Assembly (NCBI GenBank): GCA_964612535.1
Contig: CAZTDS010000001.1
Span: 1 to 50,448 of the forward strand
Length of the DNA stretch: 50,448 nucleotides
Direction of reading: 5' to 3'
DNA from: an uncultured Thermoplasmatales archaeon
Lineage (GTDB): Archaea > Thermoplasmatota > E2 > UBA202 > JdFR-43
The notes under the pieces were generated by a model, which was not told the DNA's origin, did no database searches, and saw only the letters and a list, made by a program, of their open reading frames with translations. Both the position numbers and the translations under genes were made by a program. Of this stretch, positions 7,868 to 17,339 are shown piece by piece; within the stretch, counting starts at the first letter, position 1; each line of letters begins with the position of its first letter.

Positions 7868-8447
7868 TTTTGAATTCAACCCTCACCACTTTCCCTCTCG
7901 GCTCCTCCTCCGCAAAAATTTCCCCTTGAAATTTATATACCTTCGTATCCTCATCAAGCCAGGCATCGGGCGGCAGCCCCGCTTTCATGCATGTGTTGGC
8001 AAGAAATTCTTCAGCGTCCCATTTATATTCTACAGCCACTTGAGGCAGCAGAAGCCCTTTATACCATCCTTTCTCCACTATAAGTCCGTCCCTTCCAACT
8101 TTTATATGTTCTGGATATTCTTTTGGCTTGCATTTTATTAGCTGAGGAGGTGTTAAAATGGTGACTTCCACAACTATATTATCGAGTTCCTCCTCTCTTA
8201 AATCTGGAAAGCGAGGATCATGACATGCAGAAATTGCTGCCTCCTTTATTGCCTTTCGAAGTTCCATAATTGGCTCGGGAATTCCTATACATCCGCGAAG
8301 CATTCTGGCAGGATAGGTTTCAATGGTAACAAAAACACCGGACTTTTCCTCAAAATTATCAAGCTCTCCTATTTTTTCCCCTTTTACATGTTTCTCTATT
8401 ACATTTCTCGCATATCTGATAAGTTTTTCCCCTTTTTCTAATTCCAT
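7860..8447 (-). CDS. AMMECR1 domain protein
   Basis: Hallmark RGCIG motif (MLRGCIGIPEP), HDPRFPDL and LLPQVAVE. Confidence 0.87.
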   Translation of the reverse strand: MELEKGEKLIRYARNVIEKHVKGEKIGELDNFEEKSGVFVTIETYPARMLRGCIGIPEPIMELRKAIKEAAISACHDPRFPDLREEELDNIVVEVTILTPPQLIKCKPKEYPEHIKVGRDGLIVEKGWYKGLLLPQVAVEYKWDAEEFLANTCMKAGLPPDAWLDEDTKVYKFQGEIFAEEEPRGKVVRVEFKNA

Positions 8448-8467
8448 GAAGATAATTCTGCAGCCAT

Positions 8468-8905
8468 TTAAAAACTCTCTATTCCCATCTCCTCTTTGTT
8501 CCTGCCCGCTTCTTTCAAAACTTTTTCAGCAACATAAATTTCGCATCCCTCTCTTACAGCAAGAGCTATGCAATCGCTTGGTCGTGCATCTATGACTATT
8601 TCCTTTGCTTCTCCATCTCTATAATATTCGATATAAAGTTTCGCCATGAAAACACCCTCTATCAAATCATCTATTACAACCTTTTTTATTGATGCCCCAA
8701 GTGAATTAATAACTTGGATGAAAAGGTCATGAGTAAGAGGACGGTGGAATCTTTTGCCGTGCAGTCCGTTCATTATACTTTCAGCCTGCATGTAACTTAC
8801 ATAAATAGGCAGTGCTTTGTCTCCATTTACAAGTATTATCTCTGAATAATGCTCTGTATGGTATGCGTGAGGATATACTTCCATTTTGATTAACTTCTCC
8901 TTCAT
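8468..8905 (-). CDS. bifunctional nuclease (BFN/DUF151) family protein
   Basis: Motifs LPIYVSYMQAESI, RPLTHDL and DARPSDCIALAVR match the BFN domain pattern. 4-nt overlap with htpX. Confidence 0.72.
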   Translation of the reverse strand: MKEKLIKMEVYPHAYHTEHYSEIILVNGDKALPIYVSYMQAESIMNGLHGKRFHRPLTHDLFIQVINSLGASIKKVVIDDLIEGVFMAKLYIEYYRDGEAKEIVIDARPSDCIALAVREGCEIYVAEKVLKEAGRNKEEMGIESF

Positions 8906-9843
8906 TTTATCGCCGCCAGTTTCTTTATCCTATTCACAACATTTGGATGGGATGAAAATATTTCCATTAGCTTATCTGTTGTGCTAATTTTAGCCCGCTC
9001 TGCAAACATCTTCATTTCATATTCATCAATATGACCATCCAAATTCAAATCAGCTTGTTTCAAATCGAAGATATCACGGCGAGATGTTGAAGGATCGGTG
9101 GCAAAAAATGCCTTCATTCCCTCCGCCTCCTTTATCTTTTCTTTTGGCAAACCAGATGTGGATAGAGTTATTCTATACAACGCCGACGCCAAAGCGTGCG
9201 GCTTTTTTGTGAGTATGGCTGAACCATAATCGGCATAATATTCCCGTATCCTATTCACATACAATACAATAAGATTGCTTATCAAATACACGAGGAAAGC
9301 CACAAATGCGATTGCTGCGCCCTCTCCCCTCCTCCTTCCCCAGAGGGAATTCCAGAATATGAGATAACTTAGGAGTGGAATTACTGAAAGCATGGTTATT
9401 ACAATCATGTCGCGGTGCTTTATATGAGAGATCTCATGCCCTATAACCGCCTCCAGCTCTTCATCATTCAAAATGCGGAGCAGTCCTTTGGTAACGCACA
9501 CTCTACCATCTCTTTTACTTCTGCCAAAAGCAAAGGCATTGGGTATTTCAAGCATGGATATGCCAATTTTTGGCGTAGGAATACCTGCCTCTTTTGCCAA
9601 TCTTTCCACCATTCCATAAAGTTTTGGATTGTCCTCCCGCGATATATATTTCACCCTCATTGTCGTTTCAACAATCTTTGGACTGACCATATACTGAATG
9701 AGCACTATTATGAAAGCCAAGATGGCGAGTACAATGGGCTGTGCATATCCAGCAAAATAGGCGATGAGCACGAGTAAGGCATATACGATTGCGAATAGCA
9801 GCATGATGGCGAAAGCAAGTCGTATGTAGAGAGCGAGCCTCAT
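8902..9843 (-). CDS. htpX: HtpX-type M48 zinc metalloprotease with an embedded EF-hand-like loop
   Basis: Four TM segments, HEISH (HEXXH), C-terminal SSHPNVVNRI. A canonical 12-residue EF-hand loop DLNLDGHIDEYE is encoded at 9016-9051. Confidence 0.85.
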   Translation of the reverse strand: MRLALYIRLAFAIMLLFAIVYALLVLIAYFAGYAQPIVLAILAFIIVLIQYMVSPKIVETTMRVKYISREDNPKLYGMVERLAKEAGIPTPKIGISMLEIPNAFAFGRSKRDGRVCVTKGLLRILNDEELEAVIGHEISHIKHRDMIVITMLSVIPLLSYLIFWNSLWGRRRGEGAAIAFVAFLVYLISNLIVLYVNRIREYYADYGSAILTKKPHALASALYRITLSTSGLPKEKIKEAEGMKAFFATDPSTSRRDIFDLKQADLNLDGHIDEYEMKMFAERAKISTTDKLMEIFSSHPNVVNRIKKLAAIK

Positions 9844-9905
9844 TGTCTCAAATAAATGGCGGTGTTATTAATAATTTATTGCTCACCTCTCGAATAAAAT
9901 TATTC

Positions 9906-10769
9906 TTATATTTCGATTCCCAGCACACTTCTCACAATCCATCCTATTGCGAAGGAAATGGCTGCTATCCCAAGGCTTATTCCCATCATTTCAAGGAAAA
10001 GTTTGTGAAAAACTTTATCTTTTATAACTGCCACAAAAAATGTGAAGAGGAGTATGACGATGAAAGCATCAAATATTGTGGCGAGGAGGGCGAGATAATA
10101 GTTTTTTAGTATGAAATATGGAAACACGAGAAATAGAACTGTAAAAATATATGCAATTCCCGTATAGAATGATGCTTTGCCTGGATTTTTCTCACCCTCT
10201 GATTTTTTTGAAAGGTATTCCGAGGAGGCCATTGAAAGTGAGGCAGCTATTCCTGTAATGAGTCCAGCCGTTCCTATAAGAATGGTGTTTTGTAAAGCAA
10301 AAGTCAGACCAGCCAGCGCACCCATCAGCTCAACAAGAGCATCATTTAAGCCAAGAACCATTGAGCCGATATAATTAAGTTTTTCCTCCTCTATCATTGA
10401 AACAAGCATTTCTTCATGCTCTGTTTCATCCTGTAAAATCTCTTTTGCCTTTGGAATATAATCAATCAGTTTTTTATACGCCTCCTCAGCCCTTTCCTCG
10501 CCCTTTTCCATGAGTTTTACTGCGAATGTTATGCCAAAAATCTTCGATAGAATTATGAATTTCCATAGTTTAAGCCTATTGGGCTTTACCTCTTTACCCG
10601 TGATTTTTTTCCATTCCATGTAGTGGCGGAGTTCGTCTCTCGATATTTTTCCCAGCACTTCAGAGTTTTTTCCTTTTGCCTTTTTAGATAAAATATCATA
10701 GAACAAATGCTCTGTTATTTCATTTTTCTGGAATTCCATAACTAATTTCTTTAATTCCTCCTCTCTCAT
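9906..10769 (-). CDS. VIT1/CCC1-family iron/manganese transporter with N-terminal ferritin-like domain
   Basis: N-terminal ferritin-like helices (EITEHLFY, DELRHY, DETEHEEML), then GLNDALVELMGALAGL and TM helices typical of VIT1/CCC1. Confidence 0.8.
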   Translation of the reverse strand: MREEELKKLVMEFQKNEITEHLFYDILSKKAKGKNSEVLGKISRDELRHYMEWKKITGKEVKPNRLKLWKFIILSKIFGITFAVKLMEKGEERAEEAYKKLIDYIPKAKEILQDETEHEEMLVSMIEEEKLNYIGSMVLGLNDALVELMGALAGLTFALQNTILIGTAGLITGIAASLSMASSEYLSKKSEGEKNPGKASFYTGIAYIFTVLFLVFPYFILKNYYLALLATIFDAFIVILLFTFFVAVIKDKVFHKLFLEMMGISLGIAAISFAIGWIVRSVLGIEI

Positions 10770-10814
10770 TTTTCCTCCAACAAATATATTACCTCCTTAT
10801 TTAATTTCTCATGA

Positions 10815-11990
10815 ATGTGGATTGATGAATTAAAGGAAAATGTCATTGATTTGAGCCTTAAAAGAATGAGGAAATTCATTGCAGAGCAGGGAAAACCTCC
10901 CTACAAATTAATTCATGTTGGAGGAACAAATGGTAAGGGTTCTGTATCTCATTTCATATACAGCATTTTGAGGCAAAGGTATAAAGCAGGAATATACACA
11001 TCCCCTCATCTCGAAAGGGTGAATGAAAGAATTATCGTAGATGGAGAAATGATAGGCGATAAGGATATAGAAAAATACATCTGGCTTAAAAAATACAATT
11101 TCACTTATTTTGAAGCACTGACCGCCATAGCTTTGATGCATTTCCTTGAAAAGGAGGTTGAATATGCTGTAATGGAAGTGGGCTTAGGAGGGCGATTCGA
11201 TGCAACAAATGTTGTTGATGCTATCGTTACTATAATAACAAATGTTTCCCTTGAGCATGAGAATTTTTTGGGAGGAAGCATAGAAGAAATTGCAAGAGAA
11301 AAGGCAGGGATAATAAAGAGCGCTCCTGTCATTACAGCAGCGAGGGGAAAAGCACTGGAAATAATAGAAGCGGAGGCAAGGAAAAAAGGTGTGGATATAT
11401 ATGTGGTGGGAAGAGATGTAAGATGGGAAAAACTGGGAAAAAATGAGTTTTTGATAGAAAGTGGCGAAAGATATAAAGTAAAAAGTCCTTTGTATGGCTC
11501 TTTTCAGGGAGAAAATATTGCTCTCGCCATTAAAACATGTGAATTGCTGGACATGGAAAGAGATGATATTATCAAAGGTATAAAAAACACAAGATTGCAT
11601 GGAAGAATGGAAATTATAGGAAATTACATTTTGGATGGCTGTCATAATCCTGCTGCCGTCGATGCCTTTTCATCATCCATCGGTGAATTTGGAGAGGAAT
11701 TTACATTTATTTTCGGAGCCATGAAAGACAAGAATGTTGAGGAAATGGTAAAGAGGTTGCCAGATGGGAGCATATATATAGCAACGAAAGTTGATAATGA
11801 AAGGGCTATGTCTCCCCGCCAGATAGCAGAAATTGGAAGGCATTATGGAAAGAATTTCATGGTGACGGAAAATGTAAAAGAGGCGATAGAGGTTGCGGAG
11901 AAAATATCGCAAGGCATGATATGCATCATAGGAAGCCTTTATGTTGTTGGAGAGGCAAGGAAAATTTTAAGGGAAAAGGGTTTATTATAG
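10815..11990 (+). CDS. folC: folylpolyglutamate synthase / dihydrofolate synthase (Mur ligase family)
   Basis: P-loop HVGGTNGKGSV, ITNVSLEH, DGCHNPAA. Confidence 0.85.
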   Translation: MWIDELKENVIDLSLKRMRKFIAEQGKPPYKLIHVGGTNGKGSVSHFIYSILRQRYKAGIYTSPHLERVNERIIVDGEMIGDKDIEKYIWLKKYNFTYFEALTAIALMHFLEKEVEYAVMEVGLGGRFDATNVVDAIVTIITNVSLEHENFLGGSIEEIAREKAGIIKSAPVITAARGKALEIIEAEARKKGVDIYVVGRDVRWEKLGKNEFLIESGERYKVKSPLYGSFQGENIALAIKTCELLDMERDDIIKGIKNTRLHGRMEIIGNYILDGCHNPAAVDAFSSSIGEFGEEFTFIFGAMKDKNVEEMVKRLPDGSIYIATKVDNERAMSPRQIAEIGRHYGKNFMVTENVKEAIEVAEKISQGMICIIGSLYVVGEARKILREKGLL

Positions 11991-12968
11991 TTGCCAATAT
12001 TTCGCCATTTCTCTCTTTAATTTCTCTATAACATTGTTACATTCTCTTCCTGTGGCATCATCATCAAAACTAACAGGCTTTTTGCAGAGATGAGAAATTT
12101 CCACTGCCACCCCTTTTGGCATATATTCAAGATTGTATCCTCCCTCGAGACAGCAAACAATGCGAGGCTGGATATTCATAAACTTATCTATTATTTTGCC
12201 GTAAAAGTTTACGGAAATTTCTAAGTCTCCAAGATAGTCAGCATGATGGCTGTCGAAACCTGCAGAAATTATTATTAAATCAGGTGAAAATTGCTCGGCA
12301 ATTGGAATAAAAATTTCGTCAAGCAATGCCTCAATACATTCTTCGCCAGCTCCATGGGGCAAGGGGGCATTTACTGTATATCCTTCTCCTTCTCCTCTTC
12401 CAACCTCTTCTATTCTACCTGTGCCGGGATAGTGGGGGTAAAGATGAAATGACTGATACATGACTTTGCTGCTCTCATAAAATATATCCTGCGTGCCATT
12501 ACCATGATGAACATCATGGTCAAAAATTAGCACCTTTTTTCCTTTTTCCGTTGCCACATATGCAGCGATAGCTGCATTATTGAAAAGACAGAAACCCATG
12601 GAGCGATGACGGGTGGCGTGATGGCCGGGAGGGCGAATTAGAGCAAAGGCATTTTCATTTTTCTCCATAACAAGCTCACATGCCTTAATTACTCCTCCTG
12701 CAGCAAGTTTTGCAACCTCATAGGAATATTCATTGGTATATGTATCTGCATCAAGCCATCCTATATGTTTTGCCCTTTCAATCATTTCCTGACTATGAAC
12801 CTTGGAAATATCCTGCTCACTTGCCATCACAGGCTCAACAAATTTCAACTTTTCATAAAACGGCATTTTTTGCAGTAGCTGCATCGTCGCACGGAGGCGG
12901 GAGGCATTTTCTGGATGCGATGGGTTGTCATGCAGGAGATATCTATCCGAGTATATCACAAATGTCAT
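11985..12968 (-). CDS. histone deacetylase / acetoin-utilisation (AcuC) family deacetylase
   Basis: RPPGHHA, DHDVHHGNGTQDIF, SAGFDSH, EGGY. Trimmed from 13154 to ATG at 12968 (MTFVIYSDRY...). The longer ORF runs into the ubiX promoter and start region. Confidence 0.85.
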   Translation of the reverse strand: MTFVIYSDRYLLHDNPSHPENASRLRATMQLLQKMPFYEKLKFVEPVMASEQDISKVHSQEMIERAKHIGWLDADTYTNEYSYEVAKLAAGGVIKACELVMEKNENAFALIRPPGHHATRHRSMGFCLFNNAAIAAYVATEKGKKVLIFDHDVHHGNGTQDIFYESSKVMYQSFHLYPHYPGTGRIEEVGRGEGEGYTVNAPLPHGAGEECIEALLDEIFIPIAEQFSPDLIIISAGFDSHHADYLGDLEISVNFYGKIIDKFMNIQPRIVCCLEGGYNLEYMPKGVAVEISHLCKKPVSFDDDATGRECNNVIEKLKREMAKYWQL

Positions 12969-13113
12969 GATGGTAAATGGCGAATTATTTAATAAGTTTC
13001 TTAATAAGGAGCCCAAGAAAGCGGTGAAAGGAAATTCGAAGGATTTGAATTCATTCTGATTTCTGCAGTTGCAAATTCCACAAACTCTATATTGCATGCC
13101 ACGATTTTTCATC

Positions 13114-13665
13114 ATGAGAATTGTTGTTGCAATGACTGGAGCATCTGGAATCATTTACGGAGTTAGATTGCTTGAAGAGCTGAATAAAAAAGGATGCGAG
13201 ATTTTTCTGATACTCACAGAAAATGCAAAAAAAATTCTTCAACATGAAATGGATTTGAGGCAGGAGGATTTAATAAAGTTTGTTAGTAAAATGTATGAGG
13301 AGAATGAAATGGATAGCCCCCTTTCCAGCGGTTCATTTATGTATGATGCAATGGTAATTGTTCCATGCAGCATAAAAAGTGCGGCGGCGATAGCGAATGG
13401 ATTTGCTGCCAATTTGGTGGCGAGGGCGGCAATATGCTGTTTGAAGGAAGGAAGGAAACTTATTGTTGTGCCCCGTGAAACACCCCTCGATATAATAACG
13501 CTGGAAAACATGCTTAAGCTAAAGAGAGCAGGCGTGGTTGTGTTGCCAGCGATGCCAGCATTTTATCACAAGCCAAAAAATGTGGATGATTTGGTAAATT
13601 ATATTGTTGGCAAAATCATGGAGCAGATTGGTATCGAGCATACATTATATGAGAGGTGGGAATGA
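13114..13665 (+). CDS. ubiX: flavin prenyltransferase UbiX
   Basis: MRIVVAMTGASGIIYGVRLLEEL, VPCSIKSAAAIANG, VPRETPL. Trimmed to ATG at 13114. Confidence 0.9.
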   Translation: MRIVVAMTGASGIIYGVRLLEELNKKGCEIFLILTENAKKILQHEMDLRQEDLIKFVSKMYEENEMDSPLSSGSFMYDAMVIVPCSIKSAAAIANGFAANLVARAAICCLKEGRKLIVVPRETPLDIITLENMLKLKRAGVVVLPAMPAFYHKPKNVDDLVNYIVGKIMEQIGIEHTLYERWE

Positions 13666-14081
13666 TGGAAAAACCATATGGCTTACGCCTAGAAAAAGAT
13701 GAGAAGATTTTATGGATTGGAAAAAGGAGTTTGCGGAGTCTTTGGTTGCCCTTCTTTATCGGCTTTATTACCCTGCCTCTATATGGCATGGGAATTATAT
13801 TCATAGTATATGCAATTGCAAAATGGTTGAAAACAGATTATGTTATTACGGATAGAAAGGTGGCCAAGGTAACGAGGCATTATGCATTTGTTTATCTCCT
13901 TAGCTACGACATTAAGGAAGTTAAGCATGAAAATGTAAGGAGTGTATATAGTGTTCAGAAGGGAATGGGCTCACGCCTCAGATACTGGGACTTAATCATA
14001 GAAAATGAGAAAAAGATTGTTTTTAATGGAATAGGTGATGTTGAAGAAGTGAAAAAGATAATGGAAAAATTTAGGAGTTAA
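13662..14081 (+). CDS. bacterial-type PH domain (bPH_2/YdbS-like) membrane protein
   Basis: Two TM helices, then [11 protein letters not shown]... as in the YdbS/YdbT family. ATG at 13662 forms an ATGA overlap with the ubiX stop. Confidence 0.6.
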   Translation: MMEKPYGLRLEKDEKILWIGKRSLRSLWLPFFIGFITLPLYGMGIIFIVYAIAKWLKTDYVITDRKVAKVTRHYAFVYLLSYDIKEVKHENVRSVYSVQKGMGSRLRYWDLIIENEKKIVFNGIGDVEEVKKIMEKFRS

Positions 14082-14997
14082 TTCCATTTCCAAATATCTT
14101 TTCCATCATCCATTCCGCCCTGAATGGAATCTGGTCATCATAACCCTGCCCAACGCCAATGAAAAACAGCGGTTTTTTAATTGTATATGCTATGGAAAGG
14201 GCGGCGCCACCCTTTGCATCAGCATCAACCTTTGTTAAGATAACTCCATCGATGCCCACCACTTCATTAAATCTCTTTGCCTGCTCTATTGCATCGTTGC
14301 CAGTTAAAGCATCTCCTACGAATATTATTAAGTCAGGGTTTGCAACCCTCTTTATTTTTTTCATCTCCTCCATTAAATTTATGTTGGTCTGCATTCTTCC
14401 GGCAGTATCAATCAGAACAAAATCCTTATGCTTTGCCTTTGCATGTTCTATGGCATCATATGCAACGGCAGCAGGATCAGCACCAAAATCATGCTTTATG
14501 AGCTTCACACCTAACTTCTGTGCATGGAGTTCAAGTTGCTCAATTGCTCCCGCCCGAAAGGTGTCTGCTGCTGCTATAACGCAACTATATCCTCTTTTCT
14601 GCAACTGATGAGCAAGTTTTGCTATAGTTGTTGTTTTTCCTGAGCCATTTACGCCAACAAACATTATTACCACAGGTTTCTCCTTTTTTTCAACAATTTC
14701 AAAAAAGTTTCCTTCACTGCTTTCCAGAACACTCTTTATCGCTTCTTTCAACGCCTTTTCAACAAGTTCTTTTGCCTCTCTGCGAGGTGAGCCGACGAGC
14801 TTCTTTTTTATCTCCGCCTTTATTTTTTCAACAACCTCCAGAGCTACATCTGCCTCGAGGAGTGCAAGCTCAAGCTCCCATAAAAGCTCATCTATTTTTT
14901 TCTCGCTTATACCAAATAAACCCTTTTTCTCTTCCTTTTCCGCCTTCTCTATAGCCTCTTCCGCCTCTTTAATCCTTTTTCTCAGAAACTTGAACAT
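14071..14997 (-). CDS. ftsY: signal recognition particle receptor FtsY
   Basis: [32 protein letters not shown]. The track start at 15006 is GTG; the first ATG is at 14997. Confidence 0.93.
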   Translation of the reverse strand: MFKFLRKRIKEAEEAIEKAEKEEKKGLFGISEKKIDELLWELELALLEADVALEVVEKIKAEIKKKLVGSPRREAKELVEKALKEAIKSVLESSEGNFFEIVEKKEKPVVIMFVGVNGSGKTTTIAKLAHQLQKRGYSCVIAAADTFRAGAIEQLELHAQKLGVKLIKHDFGADPAAVAYDAIEHAKAKHKDFVLIDTAGRMQTNINLMEEMKKIKRVANPDLIIFVGDALTGNDAIEQAKRFNEVVGIDGVILTKVDADAKGGAALSIAYTIKKPLFFIGVGQGYDDQIPFRAEWMMEKIFGNGINS

Positions 14998-15391
14998 CGC
15001 CCTCACTTATTTTCCTGCCTATTTCTTCCATTCTTGCTTTTATTTCCTCGGCAGTTTTTATAAGTCTTTCCTGGCTTTTCCTTAAGTCATCTATTTTCCT
15101 GTTGAGTATATCAATGGCAGCGTTAATTGGCTTTTCAATGAAAACACCACTTCCAACATTAACAATAACTTTTCCTGTATCTTTTAAAGATGCGTATGCA
15201 AAAACGTTTCCCCCAACGGGCATGAGCACATCTTTCTCACTGGTTGTGTCCATTTCCTGTAGTGTTTCTATAGCCCTTTCATATTCCGAAATTATTCTCT
15301 CAATTATCTCCGCCTCGCCATATATCTGCTCCGCCTGCTCCTGATACCTTTGCAGGAGATAAAGCTGCTTATTAATTTCTTCCTCATTCAT
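14969..15391 (-). CDS. pfdA: prefoldin alpha subunit
   Basis: 140 aa: coiled coil, beta hairpins ([33 protein letters not shown]), coiled coil. Conserved position between LX and FtsY. Confidence 0.85.
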   Translation of the reverse strand: MNEEEINKQLYLLQRYQEQAEQIYGEAEIIERIISEYERAIETLQEMDTTSEKDVLMPVGGNVFAYASLKDTGKVIVNVGSGVFIEKPINAAIDILNRKIDDLRKSQERLIKTAEEIKARMEEIGRKISEGDVQVSEKKD

Positions 15392-15623
15392 TTTCTCTCT
15401 CCAGAATATATTTTACAACAGGATCTTGTATTTCATCTTTTCCGAGCTCTCTTATTTCCTTTATTTTTATGAACCTCCTCTTAACCTTGTGTCTGCTGCC
15501 CATTATGGACAGAATTTTTTCTTTTGCCTCCTCCTCGCTTTCACTAACCACTTCCTTTCGGAATGGCTGCCAAACATCCTTCATCAAAAATTCCCCTTCC
15601 ACTCTATACGCCTTCATTTTCAT
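15384..15623 (-). CDS. rplX: 50S ribosomal protein LX (L18Ae/eL20 family)
   Basis: MKAYRVEGEFLMKDVWQPFRKEV...MGSRHKVKRRFIKIKEI. Conserved synteny downstream of aIF6. Confidence 0.8.
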   Translation of the reverse strand: MKMKAYRVEGEFLMKDVWQPFRKEVVSESEEEAKEKILSIMGSRHKVKRRFIKIKEIRELGKDEIQDPVVKYILERENE

Positions 15624-16291
15624 CACCTTATCAAATCAAGAGCATCTTCTATCCTGTTAAGCTCTATACCCGTGCTATTTATTCCAGTTATGGCTCCACG
15701 ACTATTCGCCACCAGCCCGGCGCCTACATACGGCATTCCATGATTGACGGTGCCAATTTTTACCTCCACACCCAGCACCTCCTCAAGTATTTTCTTTTCT
15801 TCCTCTTCCACCTTCGGATGGCACAACACTCCTTTATTCGTCGCCACAGCCGCCATGCCCACAGTATTAATACCAGCTATGGTTGCTTTTACGGCTTTTA
15901 CTTCAAGTGTTTCTTCAATCTTTTTTACCGTTTCATCCCGCAACATTGGATGAACAATTGCACCATAATCATTGGTGAGTATGTTGTTGCCTGCTGCATT
16001 ATATTTGTCATCTATTATTAAAATTTCTCCTTCAAAATTTTTTTCTATAATGGCAAGCTCTTCCTCTTCTATGAAATCGGTTACAATCATACCATGAGAG
16101 TTCATTGCCATAAGAGAACCAATTATTGAACTTCCTCCAATGGTAAGTTTAACAACATTTACCTCAAGTGCTTCTTCAATTTCCCTCAAATCTTTTTCTC
16201 TCAGGTGAGGTTGAACAAATGCAACAAAATCATTTGCCTTACAATAAACACCTACATGCGGGTTACCATTGAAATCTATTCTTTTCAGCAT
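15623..16291 (-). CDS. eif6: translation initiation factor 6 (aIF6)
   Basis: 222 aa with pentein-like repeats: NGNPHVGVYCKANDFVAFV, GSSIIGSLMAMNSHG, GMAAVATNKG, GAGLVANSRG. Confidence 0.92.
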   Translation of the reverse strand: MLKRIDFNGNPHVGVYCKANDFVAFVQPHLREKDLREIEEALEVNVVKLTIGGSSIIGSLMAMNSHGMIVTDFIEEEELAIIEKNFEGEILIIDDKYNAAGNNILTNDYGAIVHPMLRDETVKKIEETLEVKAVKATIAGINTVGMAAVATNKGVLCHPKVEEEEKKILEEVLGVEVKIGTVNHGMPYVGAGLVANSRGAITGINSTGIELNRIEDALDLIR

Positions 16292-16298
16292 GTTAGCA

Positions 16299-16826
16299 CT
16301 ATTGTTCCTCTTTTGATTTATCCTTCGTCTCCTTCGTTTCTTCCTCCTTCATCTCCTCAGCAACGCCTTCCTCTGCTTTTTCTATCTCGCCTTCACTTTC
16401 CGTCTTGCTTGCCTCTTCTACTTCCTCTACTTCCTTCTCCTCCTCGCCACTTTCCACCTTTTCTTCCGTTGCCTCTTCCGTCACTTCTTCTTTCTTTTCC
16501 TCTTCTTTTGTCTCCTCCGCTACTTCCTCTTCAGGTGGTTTTTCTTCCTTCTTCCTCTTTTCCTCCGGCAATTTTACTTCAGCCTCTGGTGTATATGCCC
16601 ACACAACATCCTCCATTTTTACTGCCTTTACTCTCACTTTACTCGGTATCTTCTTTATCCCTCTTTCCCATACCAGCTCATTAATGCTGGCATCTATTTT
16701 TACTTCCTCAATCTTCATATGGCGGGCAAGAAATTCCTTTATTTCTTTTATTGCTCTCTTTGCCCTTTTTGTGCGAGGTACAGATTTTGCCTGTCTGAGC
16801 GGGATGGTATATATCCTTTCCTCCAT
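16299..16826 (-). CDS. rpl31e: 50S ribosomal protein L31e with a long acidic E/K-rich C-terminal extension
   Basis: The N-terminal 85 aa or so, [38 protein letters not shown]...[18 protein letters not shown], match L31e. Residues from about 86 to 175 are low-complexity E/K/T-rich sequence. Confidence 0.88.
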   Translation of the reverse strand: MEERIYTIPLRQAKSVPRTKRAKRAIKEIKEFLARHMKIEEVKIDASINELVWERGIKKIPSKVRVKAVKMEDVVWAYTPEAEVKLPEEKRKKEEKPPEEEVAEETKEEEKKEEVTEEATEEKVESGEEEKEVEEVEEASKTESEGEIEKAEEGVAEEMKEEETKETKDKSKEEQ

Positions 16827-16838
16827 TTTACCACCTCA

Positions 16839-16994
16839 TCATTTCTTCAACTTACTTCTTCTCCAGTGCCTCCTCTTCGGATGCTGGAGAAAGCGGCGAT
16901 TGGTGCGCATTATTATCCATGCTGGCACCCTCCTATTGCTTTTCATTGCCTTCAATAATCTTTTCTTTTTTGCAACATGCTTATTTCTCGCCAT
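16839..16994 (-). CDS. rpl39e: 50S ribosomal protein L39e (absent from the supplied ORF track, 51 aa)
   Basis: Manual translation: [51 protein letters not shown]. It sits in the conserved slot between the PDCD5-like gene and L31e. Confidence 0.9.
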   Translation of the reverse strand: MARNKHVAKKKRLLKAMKSNRRVPAWIIMRTNRRFLQHPKRRHWRRSKLKK

Positions 16995-16995
16995 T

Positions 16996-17319
16996 TTAAA
17001 TCCTCCTTATTTTTATATCCTTCTTTTTGGGCAGTAAATTTTTGATAAGTATTTTCAATACCTCATCTGTTATACGCTCCCTTATTCTTCCCATCTGATA
17101 GAGCCTTATAATCTGATTTTCTATAAACTCAGCTTTTTCCGGCGAGGCCATCCTTATTCTTTCCAGTCTTCCCCTTGCCTCCCCATCTAATAACTGGCGG
17201 AGCAATGCCCTTTTTTGCGCCTCCGCAATTTCTTTTTCAATCTGCCTTCTCTGCTCCTCCTCTGCCTGCATCTGCATCTGTTCTAGCATTCTTCTCTTTA
17301 TCTCTTCAGCATCATCCAT
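16996..17319 (-). CDS. PDCD5/TFAR19-family DNA-binding protein
   Basis: 107 aa: ...[46 protein letters not shown]. Conserved neighbour of S19e and L39e in archaea. Confidence 0.8.
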   Translation of the reverse strand: MDDAEEIKRRMLEQMQMQAEEEQRRQIEKEIAEAQKRALLRQLLDGEARGRLERIRMASPEKAEFIENQIIRLYQMGRIRERITDEVLKILIKNLLPKKKDIKIRRI

Positions 17320-17339
17320 ATTCTCTCACTCTTCAAACG

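Noticed and set aside
11985-13154. Over-extended N-termini in the ORF track. Affected ORFs: HDAC to 13154, ubiX from 13069, S19e to 17861, glyA from 25392, ABC_ATPase to 40149, PKD paralog to 41599, GATase1-like to 25014, porA from 47833, porB from 48993. Several starts are actually TTG or GTG.
   Set aside because: The extensions lack homology-like sequence, overlap neighbouring genes or promoters, and internal ATGs reproduce canonical family N-termini or signal peptides. Coordinates were trimmed in the feature table.
16205-17037. Long plus-strand ORFs (159 aa, 210 aa, 79 aa) rich in S/P/L/F, opposite the L31e tail and L39e
   Set aside because: They are the antisense reading of the purine-rich GAA/GAG low-complexity tract and of well-supported ribosomal protein genes. 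The composition is an artefact and no motifs are present.
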